A DNA stretch of 64,000 nt from Podarcis bocagei (GCA_964188305.1 OZ076888.1), one strand, 5' to 3'. Positions 1 to 12,195 are shown, numbered from the stretch's first letter. The notes: a model not told the origin generated them from the sequence alone. Translations and numbers: made by a program.

Positions 1-636
1 ATTAACATCAACATTGCACTACACATTGGGGCAAGGGAATATTGGCTCAGAGGCCTTGGCAACAGGGACACATTCCCTCTTCCCCATAAAAACCCACCCC
101 CGTGGAAACAGTTTATCACCATTTTGTAATGGGGTGCAAAATTGCTAAATGGGGTGACACTCATGAGATAAGATACAACAGTTCTGCAGGCTCAGAATGC
201 TGGCTTACCTTAAGAGGTGGACAGATTCTATCTGTGACTGAAGGGAAATCTGAGCCCTTCAGATTACTGCTTAATGCCAAAAGTTATCCAGTGATGGTAG
301 AGGAGGGGGAGGAAAATAGATATATACACATACCCCTCGTGGACCAGGATTGGCAGATGATCAGGAGCAATCAACTGATCATCAAGGCTTCACAAGCCCT
401 GCCCATAATGCTTCACAATCTCCAACAATCAGCTGAAGTTTGGGGTTTGCCAAGCCTGGTGGACAGCAATTTGCAACCCCCAGTGACCAGCTGATCATCA
501 CAGCTTAAGAAAGCTAGCAAAGCCCCAGTGATCAGTTGATCACTGGAGCTTGCAAAGTTGGGTGCGCAGAGCTTTGCACAGCTGCCTGCAACCCACCTTG
601 CAGCTCAGCTGCATCTTTACCTGCCCCACAATAGAC

Positions 637-772
637 CAGGCATAGGCAAACTCGGCCCTCCAGATGTTTTGGGACTACAATTCCCATTATCCCTGATCAC
701 TGGTCCTGTTAGCTAGGGATCATGGGACTTGTAGTCCCAAAACATCTGGAGGGCCGAGTTTGCCTATGCCTG
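637..772. mobile_element. hAT-type palindromic MITE
   Basis: Long TIRs (CAGGCATAGGCAAACTCGGCCCTCCAGATGTTTTGGGACTACAA...) and a perfect 8-bp TSD CAATAGAC at 629-636 and 773-780. Confidence 0.9.
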
Positions 773-1767
773 CAATAGACCTTATGGAAGGCATCATATG
801 TGATGTCAGGTATGTGGCAGTCGGTGTGGCTTGGCTGAAACAGCTTCATGGGCCAAATAGGGAGCCTGGTAGTCATAATTACACTTGTGGGTTCTCCACT
901 ACTGACCTAGAGGAAGTGCACACTAAGATAGAAACAATATACTTCTAACTCCATTGTGGTCAAATCAAAGGACTCAGCACCTCATGTTTAACTGTACCAA
1001 CAAAGCTCTGTGGAAGGACATAGTTTTGTTGGAAGTGATCTGAAGAGCCCATTATTGCTCGTAAAAAGACTCATAATATTAAGGACTGATTGGCTGACCA
1101 CAATGCACAAGCCTGTCAACTGCCAGAACAACCAACATTACTAGAGGCTGCATCATCACAAGATTGTTCCTCTTGTGTGTTTCTCCTAAGTTAATTTTGA
1201 GAATCCAATTGAGAATTTGTGTTTGTGTGCGTGTTTGTGTTTGTGTTTGTGTTCGTGCTTTAGACAATTTGCCACTTGCAGCAGTTTCCACAATTTTTAT
1301 GTCATTGATGCCCATGCAATAGGTTTTACGCAGGTGAGGCTACTAGAAAAAGCCTTTCAAAACATAACAAGCTGGTGAATGGACGAGGATGCATAAAAAC
1401 ATACTTTAACATCTTTTAGTGTAATAATCATGGAGACTTCTCAAAATGTTCTAGACAGGCACAATCCCAGGTGTGAAATTTAAACGAGGCAACAACAACA
1501 TATTATCATGAGTTAGTTTTATTTATTACTTTTAAAGAATTTTAATATTTACTTAGGAATAATTCATTAGAGATGTGCAGTCCTATCCTATGGCATCAAA
1601 GACCTTGGATTTCAGAGGAATTCATTCCTATGCAAATCTGTCTTCTGATAACCAAATGACACATTCCAGGGTTACTTCTGTGCAAACATGGATAAAATTG
1701 TGCTCAATCTGCAATACTATAATATATATGAAGATTGCAACAGACTATGTTTGACTTTAAAGGGTAT

Positions 1768-1968
1768 ACACAGGAAGCTGCCTTATACCAGGTCAGATGA
1801 TTTATCCTCATAGGTCAGCACTGTCTACTTGGATTGACAGCCGATCTCTGGCAGAGGTCTTTCTCATCATCTGATGGCTGATCCTTTCAACTGGCGATCC
1901 AAGGGATTGAACCTGGGACCTTCTGCATGCAAAGCAGATGCTCAACCACTGAGCTACATCATCTCCCC
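1768..1968 (-). mobile_element. tRNA-derived squamate SINE
   Basis: The minus strand reads GTAGCTCAGTGGTTGAGCATCTGCTTTGCATGCAGAAGGTCCCAGGTTCAATCCC (A and B boxes) followed by a LINE-like tail. Confidence 0.75.
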
Positions 1969-4476
1969 ATTGCATTTTCAGAATTACTGAATACATGCCT
2001 ATTTTAGTTGCCCTTGAAGAAAGGTTTCATATGTGAAATGCGTTGAACATACCACAATAAACTGTTTTCTTTCTCTCCCACTTGCTCTGCTTTTGGGGAC
2101 TGTCCTCTCTCTTTTCCCTGACTGTAAATATCTTCAGCTTAATCCCAAGGAAACACCGCCTTCCTTTAAATCATTATTTTGCAAGAAACGCATTGCGCAA
2201 AGCCATGTACTCTCGGGACTGTCAAGGATGTTCACTCAGTTGTTGCTAGAGGGCAGAACGCAACCTTTCAAGCACTGCACCTGGGACACCCAAACTTCAT
2301 GAAAAGCGTGTTCCCAAAGCCAGCTGGTTGGCAGAGGCCATCCTGTCAAAGGAAATGATTCACTTAAACTGAATGGCAGGTTGCGTGTGTGCAAACTTCT
2401 TCCTAGAATTTATTGCCATGCAAGAAGAATTAAAACGTTCCCTCCTCTGTGACTGGCATCTGTATTGCTACAACTCGCCATTCTGCATCTGCAGCTACTG
2501 ATATGATGGCTTCAGTGTTGGAAATGCTGAATTTGATGCACATCCATCTGCTGATTTTTATAGCACTTTTATAGGACTTCCTTTGGCCTTGCTTCACTTT
2601 CCTCCCTGAGGACTTCTGTGCCCCACCTTCCATGATGTTGAAAGGCCCTTTTCTCTCTTTCCAAGGGAAGAAATCTCAAATCTAAATCCTCTCTGGGACT
2701 TCCTCTTCACAGGGGCTACAATATTCCCTTCTGTTATCTCTTTGAAGATGCTGCCAAGTCGAGCTAGTGTTCCTCTGTGCACAACAGGGGTCCCTTGCAG
2801 GGAGTGTTTCATAGTTTGCCCAGCATATCTATACAGGCAGGGCAGCAAAGAAAAGAGGCACTCACTTGACCCCTAAAAAAGTGATGCTAGAAACCTTTGC
2901 ACATCTGCCTGGAGGACTGATCTCACATCTCAACCTAATTGCCAGTGTTTTGTGCCTAAGGCCAAGATGATATCTGGATTCAAATCACTGCTGGGTTGGG
3001 GTAGCACACTGCATCCAGATCTGTGTTCAACCATATTGACATCTGAAACTACTAAACAGAAAAGGAATCGAACCACACAACACTGATCACTAAGGTCCCT
3101 GTCCTCCTGCCAGTGGAAAAAATGAGACGTTTAAGCTTGCTGCATTTGTATGCATTTACACTTATGCAGCATTTGCATCCTGAGCAATCTCTGTGATAAT
3201 TTTACTAAAAGAAACCAGATATATCCATTGCCACTCAAAGGTAAATTGGAACAGCTGTATTTGAGGAGTAAAATTGCCATTGCAATATCACCCCATTCCT
3301 GCTATTTGCAATGGGAAGAGCATTCCTCTCATGGTGAATAGCTGGTGTGGGACAAGAGATTCTGATTAGGACTGCATTTGCCTGGGGAGGGGGCTGAAAT
3401 TCTCCTCCCTGCATACCACAGTCCCAATCCCCCCCACCCCCATGCTGGCTATTTGTTTAACGAAATCAGCTAAGCAATGCCAAACTGTGACATGCGTCAT
3501 ATCTGGTTTGGCCCTAATAGAAAACAACATCATAGCACAGTTAATGTATTGTATCAAGGCAATTACAAGAAAAGTCAGCGATACAGCAAAACGAAGAAAT
3601 ATTCAGCTGAAGCAATTCAGAGTCACTATCCGAGTTTCAAAATGTTCTTCCATCAAATGAACTTGTTATTCTCTGTGTAAATGTCCACACGGGCACAAAA
3701 GCGTCTTTTAGTAAAGGGCATATTTGCTATTCAAAATTTCTCCTAATTATTAATTCAAAAATAACAGATTTGGGTAGTTTTAATTTTTCAGCGCTGATGT
3801 CACTTCTAGGGAATTGGTGGGCAAACCATAACCCTTTCCAGAAACCTGCAATTACCTCTTGCAATAAAGACATCAATGTCGTGATTCAAGAAATAATGGC
3901 TAATGATATGTCTACCAGAAGGAAATGGCGTTATTAATTACCTCACTGTGAACACACCATTTATTGACAGCTTTGAGGGTCATTCGTCCAATTAAGTAGA
4001 CTGAGTAAAGCTTCAATTAGCCCATCTGTACAGCTTTGTCGAGCAAAAACATGAGAGCATTGTTTCCCAACAGGTGCAAGAGTAAATCTGAAGTAGCACT
4101 ATAGATTCTAAAGGTGTTACTCCATGTTACATGAGTAGCATAAACTAACCACAAAGATCTGAATTTGGACAGGTTTTTTTATAGTGCATGTAAACTTTGC
4201 TGCAGTAAAAATAGTAATTTAAATATAGTATCTACCATGTTTGATTGCTACTAAATATTCTGCAATACCACATGAATTCAAAATGAAAACACAAGGTCCA
4301 TCCTACTCCATGAGACCCTTGTGGAAGAAATATGCCAGTTATGTTGACCACAGCATGTGGGAAACATCAAGTTGGGAAAACCAAGTAAATCCCATCCTGG
4401 CTAGCACTAATGGAAGTTGAAGGCCAGATTAGGGTGCTCCATCCAACTTGCGGCTTCTACTAGACAAAAGAACTTC

Positions 4477-4882
4477 AGATGAAGGTGATAGACTATATGG
4501 GACTGGCTGAAATGACTGGCAGAATCCGTGATCAGGGGAAAGAGATGGTGGAAGAAGATTGGAAGAAATTTAAAATTTATCTAAAGAAATATTGTAAAAT
4601 TAATGAGTGTTAAAATGTCGAAGTTCTAAGGAAAATGGGGGGTTACATCTGCAAAAGATTAAGTAAAAGAAAAGAATAAGGTAAAATTTGATAAAATTAA
4701 GTCTTGTTAGGATTTGCTGAAATAATTTTGGAAATTGGGATGCAGAAAGGGGAGGTATGGGGAAGTCGATGAAGTAAGGTTTAAGGAAAAAAGGGATATG
4801 AAATTATACATGTTTGTTTGTGTGTTTATTTGTTTGTTTATGTCTATTAAAACTTTGTAAAATCAATTTAAAAAATTATAAA
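4477..4882 (+). mobile_element. 5'-truncated L1-clade LINE (ORF2 C-terminus, 3' UTR, A-rich tail)
   Basis: Translates QMKVIDYMGLAEMTGRIRDQGKEMVEEDWKKFKIYLKKYCKINEC*. A-rich tail. TSD AAAAGAACTTC at 4466-4476 and 4883-4893. Confidence 0.75.
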
Positions 4883-4932
4883 AAAAGAACTTCTTCACAC
4901 AGTGCATAGTTAAAGCTGTTGTGCTCAGCTCA

Positions 4933-5232
4933 CCAACAATTGGGAAACACTGGCCTGTAAGTGCTCCAAAGGTGTCATGGGCTTTGAAGACACTCGGACT
5001 CAGGACGAAAGGGAGAAATGAGCCAAGAAAAAGGCACGTTTGGCAAACCCTCACCATGATCAACTCCCACCTCGAAACCTATGTCCCCACTGTGGAAGGA
5101 CGTGTGGATCCAGAATTGGCCTCCACAGTCATTTACAGACTCACTGTTAAAACCATGTTTATGGAAGACACTCTTACTTGGCTACGAGTGATTGTGAAAG
5201 AAGAAGAAGAAGAAGAAGAAGAGAAGAAGAAG
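4933..5232 (+). mobile_element. RTE-clade LINE 3' fragment with (GAA)n tail
   Basis: Encodes ...CPHCGRTCGSRIGLHSHLQTHC*, a C-terminal CCHH motif typical of RTE elements. (GAA)n tail. Direct repeat CAGCTCA at 4926-4932 and 5233-5239. Confidence 0.8.
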
Positions 5233-6677
5233 CAGCTCAGATTCTGCTTGTGGACTTTCCATAAGCATCTTGTTGGCCACAGTGTGAACAGGATTTTGGA
5301 CTAGATGGTGTAACTGGAAAAGCAAAATTGTGGTTAGCAGGACCTTGAAAGCTGTGTAGTATTTATTGTGTCCCAACCATGTTGTATTAATAGTTTGCAG
5401 AAAAGAGTTATTCAACAACAACCTTGTTTGGAATTGGGAAATGGAGCATATGAGTTCATAATGCACAGTCTTCATCCTACTCACTTCTGTTCAGGAAACA
5501 CTAACTGAGTTTTTCCAGTTCTGGATTTGATGGTGACTGGTGGGATGAGTAAGAACAACTTGGGCAACAGTTACTCACCTATCAATGAATGGTGCACATG
5601 GCTGTTGAAGGATGAGTACTTATTGATGAGCACTAGAAGTAACCACTGAAACTAGGAGAAGACAGTGGCATGCCAGAAGAGGAGGGGAGTAAGGGAAGGA
5701 ATGATTGGCAGGAGGATAAGGTATATGGGAATGGTGTGTGCAGATCTGAGGCTTAGGAGAGATATCATCCTGTGGCTTCTTCATAGGGATGTAAGAAGAC
5801 ACCCATTTCTACCCTGACCTGTATTCATTGCATTCAACACTATTTCTGTTCCACTGCAGTTCAGCTTCAAACAAAAACTACGTTATTCGTTTCTCCATCT
5901 GCTGTGGCAGAATTTTTACATAATTAATTATGTTATCAATAATCATTACATTGTTCCACTCCATTCCCTTTCAATGCAAAGAAAACACAATAGAACTTAG
6001 GGGGGGTCATTCATTACATATCATTTACAGAATGAAAATAACAGCAAATAAGTACTGTATTGATTATTTCTATTCTGGACATAGCATGAATAAGCAAACA
6101 TAACAATTTCCACTCCTGTTTCCATTTCCATTGGAATTCTCTGACATCCCTACCTCTTGGAAGTAGTTTACTTATCCCAACATGTTCCCAAGGCAGCTTG
6201 CAATAACTGCAAGCAATAAAACCCAAAACAAAATGCAATTCACAGTAACTAAGAACAGAGAGATAAAATAAGAGCCAAGTAAACTCACTGTAAGGAGCAA
6301 ACAACAAAAGCAAAACACCTCAGGTCAAACCAACGGCCTCAGTAAAGAAAAATGTTTTTATGTTTCACTGAAACATCATAGCAGAAGCCCCTTGGACTTT
6401 TCAGGGGAAGAAGTTCCATGGTCTGGGTGCCACAATGGAAAAAGCCATGTCCTAAGTCCCAGCCACACAAAACATCAATAGGAATGGGGACACAGAGCAA
6501 GGCCTCTGATGATAAACACGTAGAACATGAGGAGTCCCATGTGGAAAAAGGCAGAGGGTTAACCCTTTATCAACCTGTTGGCATCGTATCCAAGACTTTG
6601 CCTCCTGTAGCATATGAAAGAGGTGGCTGAATTCACCAGAAAGCACTGACCCAGTAACAGCCTACATTTATCAAGTA

Positions 6678-6918
6678 CAGTGGTACCTCGGTTCCCAAAC
6701 GTAATCCTTTCCAGCAGACCATTCAAGTTCCAAAACAAACAAAAACCAAGGCACAAAGGGCTGTCTGCAAATATAATTGAGAAAATTGAAAAACATGTAG
6801 TGGAAGCCGTTCGACTTCTGAGGAGCATTCAAAAATGGAAGCATGTACTTCTGGGTTTTTGGTGTTCGGGTTCTGAACGGTTCGTCAACAGAGACATTCA
6901 AAAACCAAGGTACCACTG
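6678..6918. mobile_element. Tc1/mariner-pogo (Tigger-like) MITE
   Basis: TIRs CAGTGGTACCTCGGTT / AACCAAGGTACCACTG with a TA TSD on both sides. Confidence 0.85.
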
Positions 6919-7934
6919 TAGAATATGAAGTAGACATGGCTAGCCTGAAAACTTGTGCCATATCAAATCTGAGTACTGTAGGTATTACCCATAGCCAGAA
7001 TTAACTGCCCACCATAGCTATAAAATGTGATGGCTAACCAGCTATAAAACCAAGACCACCCTATCCTCTCCCAGCTTCCAATCTGAGGCAACACCAGAAC
7101 TGAAAAATTGCCTTCAGCTGCGTACACACCATACATTTAAAGAGCATTATTTTACCCCAAAGAATTCGGGAAACCAGTTTCTGAAGCGCTCTGGGAATTG
7201 TATTAATGCAAGGGTCAAACTACAATTCTCAGGATTCCTTGGATGAAATAATGTGCTTTCTGTGTATGGTATGCCGGCAGCCCTAGTCGCTTTTGTTGTC
7301 AGGGCATTTTGTTTTGTTTGAACAGCAGCAGATCATTATTAACATGTCCTGAACCTTGACAATCCTGCAGCATTTCAAGCCCCAATGGGATAGAGAAAGA
7401 GCAGCAACATTTGCAAACATGCCGAACAGCATCAAAAGCGTACAAACGCTTTCGGCACGTGCCCCTGGGAGCAAACTTTTTGCATTCACCTGCAACCTAA
7501 GGCTTGATCACACTCCGAAATTCAATATTTATTGCCACATGAAATGTGAGAAATGCTTTCACTCCAGCAGAAAGTGACATTACTGCCAAATGGCAGGTGA
7601 TCACAAGGGCTCCATTTCAACAGTGCACCACATACCAACAGACTCGCAGCCGCGTAGCATCCAAGACTGCCGAACGTATTACAATTATTGCATCTAATTG
7701 CACATAAATACTTCAAGTGAAACATTTTCAAATGACAGCCTCTGCAAACTGAACAGAACTGCAATAATTATCGAAGATGCTTTATGACAACACAGAGGTT
7801 AGCCAAGACATAACTCACCCATGGAAAAATTGTCTTGGCAGCAAAGTTTCAGTTAAATATTTCATCATAATAGCTACATGAAGGCTAAGGGCCATACGCG
7901 ATAAGACACCACTCATGCAATTACCAATTGCAGC

Positions 7935-7956
7935 TTTGCTGTTGTTGTTGTTGTTG

Positions 7957-8009
<53 letters not shown>
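7935..8009 (+). repeat. Compound microsatellite (TTG)n(TTA)n
   Basis: Seen directly. It explains the poly-L and poly-N ORFs in the track. Confidence 0.95.
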
Positions 8010-8012
<3 letters not shown>

Positions 8013-8551
8013 TGCCTTTCTTCTAGAAAAAATGGTGCTGGTACTCACCATGAAGTACCCTTTTTGGCCAACCAGCTGTGGGTGCTGCTGGGTGGGCTGG
8101 GCTGTGGGCTGGGCTTGATGCAGGGCGAGAATCTGCTGAGTGCCCAGAGCTGGACTCGCCACAGCCGGGAGACATGGCCTTCATCCTCTGTGCCATCCAT
8201 GAGGCCTTTGAGGAAGCTGGAGTCCTCTTGGTGCTGCCTGGTCTGGCTGCCACCGAGGTCCCACCCTGCTTGCTCTGCCTGCCAAGCGCTTTCTGCCGAC
8301 CTCAGAGCTGGCTGAATGGTGGCAGCAGGTGCAGTAGCAGCCTGGAAGCTTCCTGAAGCTGTGCCGCCACAGGAGGAAGACAAGGAAGAAGCCCCACTGC
8401 TGGGGCTGGCAGTGCCAAGGGGCCCACTGCCAAGGACATGTGAGAAAAGGTGGACCCTTCTAACACACTTTCTTTAGAAGCCAAGATTTATTTTTTGGAG
8501 GGGGAGTGTCGGTACTGTGTACTGGTGAGTACCATCATAAAAGAAGCACTG
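8010..8551. mobile_element. Non-autonomous TIR (hAT-like) element with captured gene fragment
   Basis: Termini CAGTGC(C)TTT...AAGCACTG. Exact inverted subterminal 12-mer TGGTACTCACCA (8039-8050 / 8523-8534). Degenerate 8-bp TSD TTATTATT / CTATTACT. GC-rich interior. Confidence 0.7.
8135..8370 (+). pseudogene. NUDT19-like Nudix-box exon fragment inside the TIR element
   Basis: PELDSPQPGDMAFILCAIHEAFEEAGVLLV, then after a frameshift LPTSELAEWWQQVQ*QPGSFLKLCRH. This resembles my recollection of vertebrate NUDT19 (LPGEVAFRICAxRExFEEAGVLLL...L..WR.RV..DP..FL.LC.H). It has a frameshift and a stop. Confidence 0.72.
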
Positions 8552-8700
8552 CTATTACTATTACTGTTGGAAAGCATGGCCCCTGGTCCATATTGGGCTC
8601 TTGGCAGGGAGAATAGATGGACTTTAACCTGTTCTCCCAATATGGGGTCTCAATCGAAACTGAGGCTGGTGCCTAGCAAACTTAACACTAGTTCTAGTTA

Positions 8701-8818
8701 CAGGTAGGTAGCCGTGTTGGTCTGCCGTAGTTGAAACAAACAAACAAAATTCCTTCCAGTAGCACCTTAGAGACCAACTAAGTTTGTTATTGGTATGAGC
8801 TTTCGTGTGCATACACAC
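8701..8818 (-). mobile_element. Penelope-like short repeat (truncated hammerhead motif)
   Basis: Minus strand GTGTGTATGCACACGAAAGCTCATACC...GTTGGTCTCTAAGGTGCTACTGG...CAGACCAACACGGCTACCTACCTG. 9-bp direct repeat TTCTAGTTA at 8692-8700 and 8819-8827. Nearly identical to 54020-54147. Confidence 0.7.
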
Positions 8819-10469
8819 TTCTAGTTATTTAGCCCTTTACTTAGTAGCCCACCTTAATGTACACAATCTAAGCATTTTGAAGCACATCAGAACTATATGG
8901 GTTTTGTACGTTAATATTATTTATAACAAATACCACAAGGAAAATGGGAAAGTGTTGTGGATAGACATTTATTTTATGATGATTTGAAATCTGAACTTGT
9001 GTGTTGGAAACAGAGCTGAATATTCTTTCTGGCATGGTTTTAGAACTTCCTCTAGATATGATTAAGAAGCAGGTTTGTCAGATGGCACCGCTTTCATCGT
9101 AGCACATGCTGAGCTGCTAATGAAACCATGGGGACTGCAGAATTTTAATCATTTGCCGTGTCCTACCAACCTACACAGAGCTGTGTAATGCATCTCCTGC
9201 ATGGAAACATTTGCATTGTACCTGTACATTGTACAGAAGGCTGGGGGAAAGGCTTAAAATGGAAAGCTTACAACATACTATGCTAAAGGGTGAGCCATTT
9301 GATACAACAGCAATCACTGCCTCTTATTCCCATTTTAAGCTCCGAAGACACCTTCCTGCAGAAGACATTGGTATTTTCAGTTGTGGTCTGTACCTAACAC
9401 AAATAAAATAGTGGGGTTCTGGACAGGCACAGACAATGCTTGCTCTCATTAACAGAAGTCATTTTGTCTTTTCCAGGTAAGATCTTCTTCTGCACCACAA
9501 AAATGTTGCAGAACTTCACATTCTGGATGCCAACCCATATGTTCGTATATGGAAGGCAGCTTCCAAGAATAACACATTCAAGTTTTGCAAACAAGCAGGC
9601 TCCAGCAGCAACAAGAAATGCACCACTGTAGACAAGATGCCTCAGAGACAAATGTAGTGCATGCCAGATCATGCATCTCAGAACAGGGATTCCCAAATTA
9701 AGTTTCATGAGATCTTTGCCTAGCTGCCAAGCACACTGACACCTTGATGTGGGATTTTCAATACTGACATATGCTGTCTTATTCCTGCACAACATACACA
9801 GACTATCAGGCTGCCATAAACAACCACATCAATGACTAAAGATCACGCAACCAAGACTGGGGTTAGGCAGTTTTGTTAGAATAACTACTCAAACTGTAGG
9901 CTTAGTGCAGCGGATGTGGGGGGTGGGGGAGCTACATTTATAAACATTTGTTTTGAACAATTTTGGCAGCATTAGGCATGCAAAAGTAACAGTGTTCAAA
10001 TGTTTGGAGGCACCCTCTGCACTCAGAGCCTGGCAGAATATCATGGAAATCAGAATTAACCTTTAGGCACCCCTCTTCAACACTAAACATTTGTACAGGC
10101 AAGTTAAAATATCATATAAGTATAAGGTAGCAGTGCCAGCCCCTGTAGGCAGCTTCATAGGCATATGGCTGAGGAGAGGAGGAACATGAGATGCAAAAGA
10201 CAAATTAACATGGTCACAAGAGCTAAGACTTTCCCCCTTTACCTTGATTCACCCCAGCCTCTATTCTGGTGCTAAACATCGCTAAGATTTGTGTTCCCAA
10301 CTGAACCCCAGCTGGCAAAGCATCTCATCCCCAGTTAGAAAGGTAAACAGCTAAGCAGACAGGTTGGTTCAGGGACAGGGCAAAGAAGCCAGGGTAGTCA
10401 ACCTTCCTCTTTTTGAGATCATACATATCCCAACTTCCCAGGTGATAAAGCCCAACAACAACAAACAGT

Positions 10470-11355
10470 TATGAAGGTAGAAAGCCAAATGATGCATGAG
10501 GGCAATAGAGCACAGAATGTCCCATGTATCTACTGCCAACTGGGTGTAGACAGAATGTCCCATCTGCCTACTGGGTGCCTGGTGTATTCTTGGTACAAAA
10601 AACTTCTGGCTCTCGGGGAAAAATTTTGTTCCCTCAAGATGAAGATAGCTGTCCTACAGAAGCAGAAATGGGAGAGAGGTTTATGAACAAAGCCTTCAAA
10701 GATATGATAGCAGAGTCTCATTTGGATGACTTTGCCCAGTTCTGAGGGCCACACCTCAAAAAGAATATTGTTGAGCTGGGAAAGGTTCAGGAAAGGAAAA
10801 ACAAAAGGTTCAGGGGCTGGAGCAAATCCCTTATGTGGAAAGGTTACACATTTGGAGCTACATAGTTCAGGAAAAAAGAGTAAGTTGGTGGACACAATTT
10901 AGAAGTGTGTATAATAGTGCACGTTGTGGGGGAAAAATGAACTGAGGTAATTTCTTCTCCCTCTCTTGTAATACGAGAACTAAGGGCCATGCAATGAAGC
11001 TGAAGACTGGAAGATTCAGAACAGACAGAAGGAAGTACTTCTCCACACACCACATAGCTAAACTACAGAATTGACTCCCATGGGCTATAGTGATGCTCAC
11101 CAATGAACAGCTTTATAAGGGGATTAGTCCAATTCATGGAGACAAAGCTATCAATGACTGCTAGTCACGATGGCTACATGTTACCTCGAGTATCACAGAC
11201 AATGCATCTGAATACCAGTCACAGTGGAACAGTGGGAGGGTGCTATTGGCCTCATGTCCCGCTTGTGGGCTTTCCATAGGCATCTAGCTGACCACTGAGA
11301 GAAACAGGAAGCTAGACTTTTGGTCTGATGCAGGAAAGCTGTTCTTATATTCTCA
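10470..11355 (+). mobile_element. Degenerate CR1 LINE (ORF1 N-terminal remnant joined to 3' end)
   Basis: A Cys-containing, coiled-coil-like ORF1 remnant near 10520-10720, then a classic CR1 3' end (..RTDRRKYFSTHHIAKL..) and a GTTCTTAT-type tail. Confidence 0.65.
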
Positions 11356-11684
11356 ACTCATTCATGCTAGAATATAAACCTGGGGTGCTAGCAGAAGCCA
11401 GCTCAAAGGCTCCCACTAAAATGGGGCTTCCCTCATACACTCCCTCGTACATTCCCCCAAATCTTCTCCAGAGGTCAGGAGAACCCCCATAACATTGCAT
11501 GAGGGAAAGAGAGGGTTGAACATTACATCTGGCAAGCCAAAATGCTTGTGCTGATGGAATGATCCTAATAGCATGTTGTTGAATTCTTCTCTGTGCCTTT
11601 CAATTAACAGGCTGGTTAATCCAATTAAATGCTCCCGGATCTATTTGCCAGCCTCTTACCTCCCCGTTCTTGGTTATCACTAGG

Positions 11685-11900
11685 GCTCTAATAAGACCAA
11701 AACAACTGCAGAACAGTGCCCGCAATACTCATCTCCTGTAGATGGTTCTGGTGGAAACCATGGGCAATGGTACCAAAAGCCAATGAGAGATCTAGTAAGA
11801 ACAACAGGGTCTCACTCCCACTGTCCCTCTCCCAACAGAGATCATGCTTCAAGGCAACCAAGGCCGATTCAGTCCTGAACCCGAGTCTGAACCCAGGTAG
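11685..11900 (-). mobile_element. L2-clade LINE reverse-transcriptase fragment
   Basis: GFRLGFRTESALVALKHDLCWERDSGSETLLFLLDLSLAFGTIAHG matches the L2/CR1 RT motif QSGFR...LDLSAAFDT. Confidence 0.8.
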
Positions 11901-11981
11901 GTATATGCTTAATGCATTAAATGGCAGATTGTTTTCTGAATCCACATGAAAATTAGTATGCAAATACATATTAAGATATAT

Positions 11982-12195
11982 AGAGCTAGTATGGTGCAGT
12001 GTTTAGAGTGCTTTACTAGGACCTGAAAGACCAGGATTTAAATTTCAAAACATCCATGAAGCTCACTGCATGACCTTGCGCCAGTCACTGTCTCTTATGT
12101 CTAACCTACCTCACAGGCACATTATGAAGATGAATGGTGAGGGGAAAACTTTATAGCCACACTGAGTCCATTGGAGGAGAGGTGGAACAAAAATA
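11982..12195 (+). mobile_element. Old tRNA-derived (MIR-like/Squam) SINE
   Basis: Degenerate tRNA head, ..TGACCTTG(G)GCCAGTCACT..CTAACCTACCTCACAGG core and A-rich end. Confidence 0.6.

Noticed and set aside
1900-1960. tRNA gene
   Set aside because: It is a degenerate tRNA-like SINE head followed by a SINE body, with no intact acceptor stem.
4863-5063. Minus-strand ORF resembling a signal peptide, with a GTGAG donor (possible first exon for the 2.6-2.9 kb candidate)
   Set aside because: It is the antisense of the RTE LINE fragment, and its phase-1 donor gives stop codons with both downstream acceptors.
5485-5651. Two exon-like segments in frame with the 2828 acceptor
   Set aside because: They would need a 42-nt intron, which is too short for vertebrates. 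The motifs are probably chance or repeat debris.
7815-8162. Poly-Asn and poly-Leu ORFs
   Set aside because: They are produced by the (TTG)n(TTA)n microsatellite.
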